A stretch of DNA of 64,000 bases from a virus: IMG/VR virus record IMGVR_UViG_3300022752_005671, positions 123,070 through 187,069 of that record; one strand, 5' to 3'. Shown piece by piece: positions 56,740 to 64,000 of this stretch (within the stretch, counting starts at the first letter, position 1; each line of letters opens with the position of its first letter). The position numbers and the translations under genes were made by a program. The notes beneath the pieces are model-generated. The model was not told where the DNA came from. It saw nothing but the letters and a program-made list of their open reading frames with translations, and did not search any database.

Positions 56740-57702
56740 ATGAAAAAAGTTTTATTAACAGGCGCCGCAGGTTTTATAGGAAGCAATATTGCTCGTAAAT
56801 TGGAAGAATTAAATTTTGATTTTGATATTGTGGATGATTTGTCAAATGGGTTTATTGAGTTTTTGCCTGAAAACATCAAATCAAAATTGATTCTTGACGA
56901 TTTTTCTTCCGAAGCAATCTTAGAAAAGATACACAATAAAGAGTATGATTATGTAATGCACATCGCTGCTGTTCCAAGAGTAAGTTACTCTGTAGAGTAT
57001 CCCATAAAAACAAATGATATCAACGTTTCAAAGACTTTAAGGTTGATTGAAGCTTGTAAGAATAATGTAAAGAGAATAGTTTTTGCATCGTCGTCATCAG
57101 TTTATGGAAATACTGATGTACTTCCCACAACAATTTCACAAAATAAAAACCCTCAATCTCCATATGCTTTACAAAAATCAATCATAGAAGATTATCTAAG
57201 ACTGTATAGCTCTTTATACGGATTAGATTCAGTTTGCCTTAGGTTTTTTAACGTCTTTGGACCAAATCAACTTGGGGGTTCTCCTTATGCAACAGTCGTT
57301 GGATCTTGGCTCACTGCAATCAAAAGTGGAACCTCAATGAGATCAGACGGAGATGGAACACAGTCTAGAGATATGTGTTACGTAGACAACGTCGTTGATG
57401 CATGCATCAAAGGAATTCAAGTCGATCATGCTTTGAAAGCAGAATGTTTAAATATTGCATGTGGAGACAGGACAACAAATAAAGAAATTCTTCAATACCT
57501 TTTGACCAAATATCCAAATGCTAAGTACCATGATGCACCATGGAGACCAGGAGATGTCATGCATACTCTTGCAGACATTTCAAAAACAGAGGAAATTTTA
57601 GGATACAAACCGTTGGTGAGATTTTGGGAAGGTCTAGATTTAACCATAAAGTGGTATGAAGAAAATTGGGATATGATTAAAACTTTGATTCTTAAGGCAT
57701 AA
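56740..57702 (+). CDS. NAD-dependent epimerase (UDP-hexose/HexNAc 4-epimerase-like)
   Basis: TGAAGFIGS, HIAA, ASSSSVYG, SPYALQK, LRFFNVFGP, DGTQSRD..YVDNVV, RPGDV. Confidence 0.92.
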   Translation: MKKVLLTGAAGFIGSNIARKLEELNFDFDIVDDLSNGFIEFLPENIKSKLILDDFSSEAILEKIHNKEYDYVMHIAAVPRVSYSVEYPIKTNDINVSKTLRLIEACKNNVKRIVFASSSSVYGNTDVLPTTISQNKNPQSPYALQKSIIEDYLRLYSSLYGLDSVCLRFFNVFGPNQLGGSPYATVVGSWLTAIKSGTSMRSDGDGTQSRDMCYVDNVVDACIKGIQVDHALKAECLNIACGDRTTNKEILQYLLTKYPNAKYHDAPWRPGDVMHTLADISKTEEILGYKPLVRFWEGLDLTIKWYEENWDMIKTLILKA

Positions 57703-57703
57703 T

Positions 57704-58705
57704 ATGAAAGCATATAATAACTTCACAGAAGCTTATGTTGACATCATAAAAGATGTCTATTCTAATCCAGAATTTACTTCATCACCTAGAGGTATGAAGG
57801 TTAAAGAAATTTTAGGATATCAATTTAAAATTCTAAATCCTAGAAACAGAATTCCTTATGTTCCTGGTAGAGATTTATCAGTTCATTACATGATTGCTGA
57901 ACTTTTATGGTATTTGAGTGGAAATAATTCCACTGAATGGATTAGCAATTATTCTGCGTTTTGGTCTAAAATTTCTGATGACGGTAGCACAGCTAATAGC
58001 GCTTATGGTGCAAGAATTTTTAAACCTCATGATAGAATTGCATCGACAATCAAGCAAGATTGGACGCAATGGGATTATGTTATCAATGAACTAAAATTTG
58101 ATCCTGATTCAAGACGTGCAGTTGTTCATATTCGTTCCCCACAAGATTCATTGTTAGCACAGCTTGATGTTCCATGTACATTATCATTACAGTTTTTCTT
58201 GCGAAATGATAAAGTACACATGGTTGTTTCTATGAGATCTTCAGATGTAATTCTTGGTTTGGCTTATGACGTACCAGCTTTTACTATTTTTCAAGAACTG
58301 CTCGCTGTTCAACTAACAGAAGAATTAGGTCGTCCAATAGGTCTAGGATCTTATACACACCTCAGCGCATCTCTCCATGTGTACGAGAGGCATTTTAAAA
58401 TGGTCGAAAAAATACTTGATGAAGATATGAAGCAAGATTATCGAAACATTCCTGAGATGCCTCTGATGCCTAGTGATCTTCCTCTTGAGGATCTAATGGC
58501 TGTTGAAAAAGATCTAAGAAAATCTAAAACTTCAAGTTCTTTGATCAAAACTATAGAGAATTTTGGTTTTTCTAATGACTATTGGAAAGATTGGTGTAAA
58601 GTTTTGGCATCTCACAAAGCACTGAAATTAGATGATCAAAAAACGTCAAATGATCTTCTTTCATCAACAATTTTTGAAGGGTATAGGTATTTTACGAAGC
58701 CATGA
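57704..58705 (+). CDS. Thymidylate-synthase-fold enzyme with dCMP-type active site (dCMP hydroxymethylase-like)
   Basis: ELLWYLSG, AYGARI, DSRRAV, DVPCTLSLQF, MRSSDVILGLAYD with Asp (58268-58270) at the position of E. coli ThyA Asn177, SLHVYERH. Confidence 0.85.
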   Translation: MKAYNNFTEAYVDIIKDVYSNPEFTSSPRGMKVKEILGYQFKILNPRNRIPYVPGRDLSVHYMIAELLWYLSGNNSTEWISNYSAFWSKISDDGSTANSAYGARIFKPHDRIASTIKQDWTQWDYVINELKFDPDSRRAVVHIRSPQDSLLAQLDVPCTLSLQFFLRNDKVHMVVSMRSSDVILGLAYDVPAFTIFQELLAVQLTEELGRPIGLGSYTHLSASLHVYERHFKMVEKILDEDMKQDYRNIPEMPLMPSDLPLEDLMAVEKDLRKSKTSSSLIKTIENFGFSNDYWKDWCKVLASHKALKLDDQKTSNDLLSSTIFEGYRYFTKP

Positions 58706-59280
58706 CCACAACATTTACTGTATTTTGCGGGCCGATGTTTTCTGCAAAAACTACTTCTTTATTATCTGTTCTTGATAGATTCAAGTATCAAGGTAAAAAG
58801 ATTGCTGTTTTTAAACCGAAGTTAGATGACAGGTATAGCGAATCTGACGTTTCTACTCATGGGGGATGGAAAATGCCGGCAATTTGCGTAAAGTTAGGAA
58901 CTGATATCTTAGAGCATCTTGCTAATATGGAAGAAAACCCTCAAGTAATTGCTGTTGATGAAGCCTTTATGATACCAGGAGTAGCAGATGTATTGGTTTG
59001 GTTATATAGAAGTGGGTATTCAGTTGTGGTTTCTAGCTTGGATTTATCTGCAACTGGAAAACCATTCTTAGAAGTTGAAAAAATGTTGCCTTGGGCAACG
59101 AAGGTAGAAAAATTAAGCGCAGTTTGTACAGTATGTAATAAAGACGCTTTTTACACGTATAAGAAACAAACAGGTGGAGATGAAATAGAAGTTGGAGGAA
59201 ATGAACTATATGAGCCGAGATGCTCTCGTTGCCATCCTTCAATCTTAAATCGAGATGGAGTTTATTCTACAAGAGGTTGA
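58702..59280 (+). CDS. tdk: Thymidine kinase
   Basis: GPMFSAKTT, FKPKLDDRY, VDEAF, KLSAVCTVC, GGNELYEPRCSRC. Confidence 0.93.
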   Translation: MTTTFTVFCGPMFSAKTTSLLSVLDRFKYQGKKIAVFKPKLDDRYSESDVSTHGGWKMPAICVKLGTDILEHLANMEENPQVIAVDEAFMIPGVADVLVWLYRSGYSVVVSSLDLSATGKPFLEVEKMLPWATKVEKLSAVCTVCNKDAFYTYKKQTGGDEIEVGGNELYEPRCSRCHPSILNRDGVYSTRG

Positions 59281-59282
59281 TT

Positions 59283-59759
59283 ATGTCAAATTCTTTGGAT
59301 CGACATGTAAAAAAGTTGTCAGTTTTTATGAAAATGTGTAATGAATTATCTTCATTGTCATATGACGACAAATACAAAGTTGCTTCAATCATAATCACTA
59401 AAGACTATAGAGAAGTATGCGCAATAGGATATAACGGAGGATATAAGGGAGGTCCTAATAAGAGATCTTCTTTAGACCATGGTAAATCTGGTTTTCTTCA
59501 CGCGGAAGAAAATGCATTGTTTCATTTATGCAAACCATATGAATTAAGAAATGATCTTTTAATGTTATGCACACATAAACCATGTTCGATGTGTGCAAGG
59601 AGGATTGTTAATAGTGGGATCAAGGATATTGTGTATTATGCTGATTATACTGATGCAGAAGCCGCTACCGATCATATTTTTGAGATCACTGGAACTTCTT
59701 GCACTAAATTTGATGATATTTTGCAAAACCCAGCTGCTATCATGAATATTCGAGCGTGA
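59283..59759 (+). CDS. dCMP deaminase family protein
   Basis: AIGYNG, LHAEENAL, THKPCSMCARRIVNSGI. Confidence 0.9.
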   Translation: MSNSLDRHVKKLSVFMKMCNELSSLSYDDKYKVASIIITKDYREVCAIGYNGGYKGGPNKRSSLDHGKSGFLHAEENALFHLCKPYELRNDLLMLCTHKPCSMCARRIVNSGIKDIVYYADYTDAEAATDHIFEITGTSCTKFDDILQNPAAIMNIRA

Positions 59760-59787
59760 TCGATAATTACTTAGACATGGAGATAAC

Positions 59788-60159
59788 ATGAAGCAAAAGC
59801 TTACTGGAAATTACATTATCAATCTTATGAGAGAAGAATGGCAAAAAAAAGTTAATTCTTTACTCTCAGAAACTCCCTCGCAAAAGAAAAAGCCACGAGG
59901 GTTAAAGATGCAAGTCGACGTCGATGGAGATGGAAGTAAAGAGAACGTGATTGATGTTGGTTTGAAGGTACAAAAAAAGATGCCAGATGACAAACGCATA
60001 AATGTTAAAGGTGACCCCACTTCTGGATTAGTTTATACTGTAGTTTCAGTGAACGATCAGGATAAAACGATTACTTTAAGCAGACCAGATTCTGGTAACG
60101 GCGAGAAAACAATAGTTATAACAAAACAAGCTTTTGAGAACGAATATCAAAGAAAGTGA
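59788..60159 (+). CDS. Hypothetical protein (leader NLMREE..LLSE)
   Basis: GGAG RBS; preceded by ATAATTA at 59763. Confidence 0.65.
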   Translation: MKQKLTGNYIINLMREEWQKKVNSLLSETPSQKKKPRGLKMQVDVDGDGSKENVIDVGLKVQKKMPDDKRINVKGDPTSGLVYTVVSVNDQDKTITLSRPDSGNGEKTIVITKQAFENEYQRK

Positions 60160-60169
60160 TGATGCTATC

Positions 60170-60898
60170 ATGAACATTAAATCTTTAGGCGTAGACTTAG
60201 ATAATATCCTCAAGGATGCAGTAAAAAATTCAATTAAAGCACAAACTAAAGAATTGCCTACTGCTGAAAAACTAGATGAAGCTTATGTTGCTGAGCCTAA
60301 GGTTTTTAAGCAAGTTTCTGAATTTTCTACTCAAAAAACAAAAGACGCACATGACACCTTATATAAAGGATATGTCGAATCTTTAAACAAAATTTCCGCA
60401 GAGCTAGATTCTGCAGATCGAAATGCAGCTGATTCTAAACATTCTCAATATCGTTCTTTAAAACTCGATGAAGTTTATAATTTAAATGCGACATGGCTTC
60501 ATGAGCTATATTTTGCAAATGCATTTGATCCTCACTCTGAAATCACCATGGATTCATTATCCTATATGAGACTTGAAAGAGATTTCGGAACGTTTGAAGA
60601 TTGGCAAAAAGATTTCATGGCTTGCGCATTATCTTCAGGGAGTGGATGGGCCGTGTGCGGATATCATCTCTTTTTGCAAAGATACGTCAATACTGTAGTT
60701 AGCCACCACAGCGGAGACGTCATGCTTGGATTATATCCAGTTATCGTTGTTGACATGTGGGAACATGCTTATTATAGAGATTACTTGAATGACAAAAAGA
60801 GTCATCTTGTGGCAAGAATGAGAGAATTTGATTGGGATGTGATTGAGGAAAGAGTAAAGAAAGCTGAGTTAATTTCTCAAGCCATAAAGGTGAAGTGA
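60170..60898 (+). CDS. Fe/Mn superoxide dismutase-like protein with N-terminal extension
   Basis: AHDTLYKGYV, LHELYFAN, DFGTFEDW, SGSGW, VVDMWEHAYYRDY. Confidence 0.88.
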   Translation: MNIKSLGVDLDNILKDAVKNSIKAQTKELPTAEKLDEAYVAEPKVFKQVSEFSTQKTKDAHDTLYKGYVESLNKISAELDSADRNAADSKHSQYRSLKLDEVYNLNATWLHELYFANAFDPHSEITMDSLSYMRLERDFGTFEDWQKDFMACALSSGSGWAVCGYHLFLQRYVNTVVSHHSGDVMLGLYPVIVVDMWEHAYYRDYLNDKKSHLVARMREFDWDVIEERVKKAELISQAIKVK

Positions 60899-61446
60899 TG
60901 AATCGTAAATTAAACGTATCACAATTAAAGAAGATTATTCGTGAGCAAGTAAAATTATTGGTTGAAGGAGACAAGAAAGAATTAAAAGATTCTTTAGACC
61001 AACAAGTCGATGATCTTCTTATATCTTATGAATCAGAAGCAAAAACTAAAAAAAATGAAGGGTTAGATTTCAGGATGATGACCCGCAGGTTTTTATCATC
61101 TTCAACAACACAATTGCTTGAAGCAGACGAAGATAAAGGATCTGATAAGGAAAAAGAAGAAAAAAAGAAATTGAAGATGGAAGATATCGACGTCGAGGAA
61201 TTTGCTGGCAGCGTTTCAAGGTTGATAGACAATTACGACTCTTTATTAGAAGTTAGAAATACGTTGGCAAGAAGAGCTGTTAATTTTTTGATTGAAAATT
61301 ATGAGCAAGATGTTGTTAATGAATTTAAGAACGTTTTAGAAGATTCTTATGATATTACAATTGGAAAATCAAAAATAGAAATTGAAGATGAAAAATTTGA
61401 AGCACCACTTGCAGATAGAGCTGGAGGTTCAGGAGGTGGTGCTTGA
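60895..61446 (+). CDS. Acidic hypothetical protein with SQLKKIIREQ leader
   Basis: NVSQLKKIIREQVKLLVEG; further LLEA and LLE sites. Confidence 0.7.
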   Translation: MMNRKLNVSQLKKIIREQVKLLVEGDKKELKDSLDQQVDDLLISYESEAKTKKNEGLDFRMMTRRFLSSSTTQLLEADEDKGSDKEKEEKKKLKMEDIDVEEFAGSVSRLIDNYDSLLEVRNTLARRAVNFLIENYEQDVVNEFKNVLEDSYDITIGKSKIEIEDEKFEAPLADRAGGSGGGA

Positions 61447-61745
61447 TTAGAACTGATATTTTGCATGATAAAAAATGTATTCATATTAAATTGACAAAAG
61501 ACGTTCATTTAAAATTAAGAGAAAAGTTATTTCAATATCAATTGTCGATGCAATCTATCTTTGACGAATTTGCAAGGCTTGTAATTGAAGATGAAAAATC
61601 TGCAATTAAAGTTTTAGAAGATCTTGCATTAAAAAGAGCTCGTGAGCAAATTGAAAAACCTATAAAAAAGTCTACTTCATATAATCGAGATAGCATAAAT
61701 GAACTAGATCATAATACGTTGTATAATATGATCAACGATGACTGA
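61443..61745 (+). CDS. Possible ribbon-helix-helix DNA-binding protein
   Basis: Alternating strand KCIHIKL followed by helices DVHLKLREKL..SMQSIFDEFA. Confidence 0.45.
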   Translation: MIRTDILHDKKCIHIKLTKDVHLKLREKLFQYQLSMQSIFDEFARLVIEDEKSAIKVLEDLALKRAREQIEKPIKKSTSYNRDSINELDHNTLYNMINDD

Positions 61746-62049
61746 CGAAAAAGAAACTAGCAAACCTAAGATGAAATTGTTTGACTATATTTTTGAGTCA
61801 TCGATTAAATCATCAAAAACTATCTTAAACATAGTTAATGAACTTATTTTATTATCTCAAGACGTTCGCTCTTTAAGAGACACGATTTTAACTTTATCTA
61901 AAGTTCTACAAACTCACCAAGCCATTATAGAAGATATATGTAAAGTTCTTGAAAGTGCAGCTGAACATGTAGAAAAGCAAGAACAAAAACTAGAAAATAG
62001 TTTCTCAGTTTCTTTAACTAAAGATCCAAAAAAAGATAAACCTAATTGA
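61738..62049 (+). CDS. Hypothetical coiled-coil protein
   Basis: 103-aa helical ORF overlapping the previous gene. Confidence 0.6.
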   Translation: MTDEKETSKPKMKLFDYIFESSIKSSKTILNIVNELILLSQDVRSLRDTILTLSKVLQTHQAIIEDICKVLESAAEHVEKQEQKLENSFSVSLTKDPKKDKPN

Positions 62050-62050
62050 T

Positions 62051-62440
62051 ATGATCTGGAATAAAATTATAAATTTAGCAAAAAAATATTGGCAATACAT
62101 TCTTTTGTTTTTTGGAGCAATTTTTACGTTTATTTTGTTTAGAAAAAAAGATTCTCCTGTTGATGATCAAACTCAGTCAAGAAAAGACAAGGATAAGCAA
62201 TTAGACGTCATTGATGATGTGAGAAAAGAAGAGAGAAAAGAGCATGATAATGCCGATAAAAAGCTAAAAGAAGGATTAGAGATTGTAGAAAAACAATATC
62301 AAGAACAAAAAAAAGAACTTGACGAAAAGAAAAAGCAAGAAGTAAAAAATGTTCTTGAAAAATATAAAGATGATCCAACAGGGCTTGCAAAAAAGTTGTC
62401 AGAGGTAACAGGATTCAAGATTATAATGCCAGATGAGTGA
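62051..62440 (+). CDS. N-terminally anchored coiled-coil membrane protein (i-spanin-like)
   Basis: TM segment WQYILLFFGAIFTFILF, then a charged coiled coil. Confidence 0.5.
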   Translation: MIWNKIINLAKKYWQYILLFFGAIFTFILFRKKDSPVDDQTQSRKDKDKQLDVIDDVRKEERKEHDNADKKLKEGLEIVEKQYQEQKKELDEKKKQEVKNVLEKYKDDPTGLAKKLSEVTGFKIIMPDE

Positions 62441-62446
62441 GAGTTT

Positions 62447-63007
62447 ATGAAAAATAAATTAATCCAATTAATTACTTTATTCTCGATAACGTTATCTTCT
62501 ATCACTTTTGCAAGTGAACGAACGATTAGTCCAGAGCCAGACGACCTAGAAGGTCCTATTACAACGACCACAATATTCCCTCCTATACCAGAAATTCCTA
62601 AATCAGAGCCAGATGTTGGTGAAGCAATCTCTCCAATGAGAAAAGGACAAATTGCTCCATTCACTGGATTGTTGTTGTCTCCTGCTGCTGTAGCATCCGT
62701 CATGACTGATTTAGAAACTAAAGACGAATTGATAAGATTAGAAGTTGAACGTGCGACTTCTAGACTTAAATTAAATCATGAACATGAAATGACTATTTTG
62801 AGAATTAGATCAGAGTCTGATTCTAAAATAGATAAATTACGAATTGAAGAACAAAGGAAAGACATCGATAGAATAGATGCTCAATTAAAAAAAGAAAGAG
62901 AGAGCAGGCCTGATCCTTTAGTTTGGGCATCAATAGGGTTGGGGGCCGGCGTCGTTTTGTCAACGTTAACTGCTGCTATAATTGCTGCTGTTTCTAACGT
63001 TAACTAA
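62447..63007 (+). CDS. Signal peptide + coiled coil + C-terminal TM protein (spanin-partner-like)
   Basis: MKNKLIQLITLFSITLSSITFA signal, Pro-rich linker, coiled coil, C-terminal hydrophobic helix. Confidence 0.5.
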   Translation: MKNKLIQLITLFSITLSSITFASERTISPEPDDLEGPITTTTIFPPIPEIPKSEPDVGEAISPMRKGQIAPFTGLLLSPAAVASVMTDLETKDELIRLEVERATSRLKLNHEHEMTILRIRSESDSKIDKLRIEEQRKDIDRIDAQLKKERESRPDPLVWASIGLGAGVVLSTLTAAIIAAVSNVN

Positions 63008-63038
63008 TAAATAAGCTTGTCAATCATAAAGGTGAATT

Positions 63039-63437
63039 ATGCCAAGAAAAGCGCAAGAAAACAAAAAAGTTATACCAACAGAACAACCTGTCGAACAAGC
63101 AACAGAACAAGTAAAAAAAATTGAAGAAGCTAAAGATCACAAACATTCTGAAGCAAAGCATGATAAAGATGTTAAACGTGGATCTAAAGTTCCATGGTGG
63201 TGGATGAGAAATGATAAAGGCGCTCAATCTGTTTCGGTGACATTTGCTTCAATATCATTTTTAGTAACGACAGTAATTTATTTAGGATCAGCATTTGAGA
63301 AAATCGGTTCAGTTACTTTACGCCCATTCGATGTGTCTGCAGCCATGGCGTATTTCATTCCAGCATTATCATTATACTTTGGTAGAAGGCTTACTGATGC
63401 AAAGTATAATGTTTCTCAAAAAAATGACATTGCTTAA
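63039..63437 (+). CDS. Two-TM membrane protein (holin-like)
   Basis: TM1 VTFASISFLVTTVIYLG, TM2 SAAMAYFIPALSLYFG, then RR. Confidence 0.45.
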   Translation: MPRKAQENKKVIPTEQPVEQATEQVKKIEEAKDHKHSEAKHDKDVKRGSKVPWWWMRNDKGAQSVSVTFASISFLVTTVIYLGSAFEKIGSVTLRPFDVSAAMAYFIPALSLYFGRRLTDAKYNVSQKNDIA

Positions 63438-63439
63438 TA

Positions 63440-63447
63440 ATATTTAT
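63440..63447 (+). promoter_or_regulatory. Putative late-promoter element ATATTTAT
   Basis: ATANTTA motif 11 nt before ATG 63459. Confidence 0.5.
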
Positions 63448-63458
63448 CGACATTCAAC

Positions 63459-64000
63459 ATGCGTCAAGTATTAATAACAGAATCATCATTAAGAGAATTA
63501 CTAAAAGAAATGATGGATTCAGAATCCCCAATTAATGTAAATCCAGTCGTGGATCCTTCAGCTGCGGAAACAGATCCTTCAAATATAAATTTTTTGCCAT
63601 CAAATAAGGCAGAACTTATGTCTGCTCTTAGGGTTTTAGTAAATTCAATCGATGATGAAGTTGCAGCCGACATCTACGTCACTGTTCAAGACGCTATGAA
63701 AGAAAAGGAAGACGAAATGAAGAACTCAAATGTTGAAGAATCAATCCGCACTATTGTTAGAAAAATGCTATTAGAAGCACAAAATGATCTTGAAGATGAA
63801 GATGTTCCTATGCCTCCTGTGAAAAAAATACCAGCAGGGGTTCATGGTTCAGAATACATGCAAAGATTTGAAAAAGCAAAGAGCGGACTACAAAAAACTC
63901 TTTCTACTTTGAGAGACGATGAAGAATTTGTTAGCTCAGATGAACCAGAAGAAGGTCGTTCTCGCAAAAATGTAATGATGTCTGACGTCGGCGGAGCGTC
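63459..64000 (+). CDS. Hypothetical protein with ITESSLRELLKE leader (3'-truncated)
   Basis: Open frame from ATG 63459 to the window end; internal second motif EESIRTIVRKMLLEA. Absent from the ORF track because it has no stop. Confidence 0.7.
   Translation, partial: MRQVLITESSLRELLKEMMDSESPINVNPVVDPSAAETDPSNINFLPSNKAELMSALRVLVNSIDDEVAADIYVTVQDAMKEKEDEMKNSNVEESIRTIVRKMLLEAQNDLEDEDVPMPPVKKIPAGVHGSEYMQRFEKAKSGLQKTLSTLRDDEEFVSSDEPEEGRSRKNVMMSDVGGA

Noticed and set aside
57704-58705. Ordinary thymidylate synthase thyA
   Set aside because: It has Asp in place of the dUMP-specifying Asn, ThyX is already present, and its neighbours are sugar-modification genes.
1-64000. Stop-codon reassignment (alternative genetic code), common in some large phages
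   Set aside because: Standard-code ORFs tile the window densely, and conserved proteins end at expected positions with TAA, TGA or TAG. The dnaE interruption also changes frame, so readthrough would not fix it.
1-64000. tRNA, rRNA or CRISPR array
   Set aside because: Intergenic gaps are short, and no cloverleaf or repeat-spacer pattern was seen. The only tandem repeat (14781-14816) is in-frame coding sequence.

Overview
The window is a gene-dense, AT-rich, almost entirely plus-strand segment of a large contractile-tailed (jumbo myovirus-like) phage genome. I found no tRNA, rRNA, CRISPR array or cellular housekeeping context. From 1 to 26 kb is a tail module: three paralogous tail-sheath genes, a reverse-strand homing endonuclease, tail tube, a tail-assembly chaperone with a probable +1 frameshift extension, tape measure, a giant tube-domain protein, a LysM/gp53-like protein and a baseplate hub. 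From 26 to 38 kb are replication and nucleotide genes: minimal PolA, HD protein, SSB, RecA, dUTPase, 5'-3' exonuclease, DnaB, class II RNR, ThyX, Tmk and an all-alpha dNTP pyrophosphatase. From 38 to 47 kb are accessory genes: Hsp20, phosphoesterase, HNH, Dps, IMPDH/GMPR, a Cys-rich protein and an actin-like ATPase. From 47 to 52 kb is a DnaE gene fractured by a gp41-1-like split intein with a free-standing endonuclease between the halves, plus a 5-nt stop-containing interruption near its 5' end. From 52 to 60 kb is a probable cytosine hypermodification pathway: a dCMP-type ThyA homolog, a T4 beta-glucosyltransferase-like enzyme, a second dNMP kinase and two nucleotide-sugar epimerases. From 60 to 64 kb are SOD and candidate lysis membrane proteins. 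Two patterns run across the window: a repeated ATANTTA element upstream of structural genes, and a family of unrelated ORFs sharing an MK(I/L)T-x-S-x-L-x-x-II-x-EE N-terminal peptide. All product calls come from motif recognition by eye, not from database searches.
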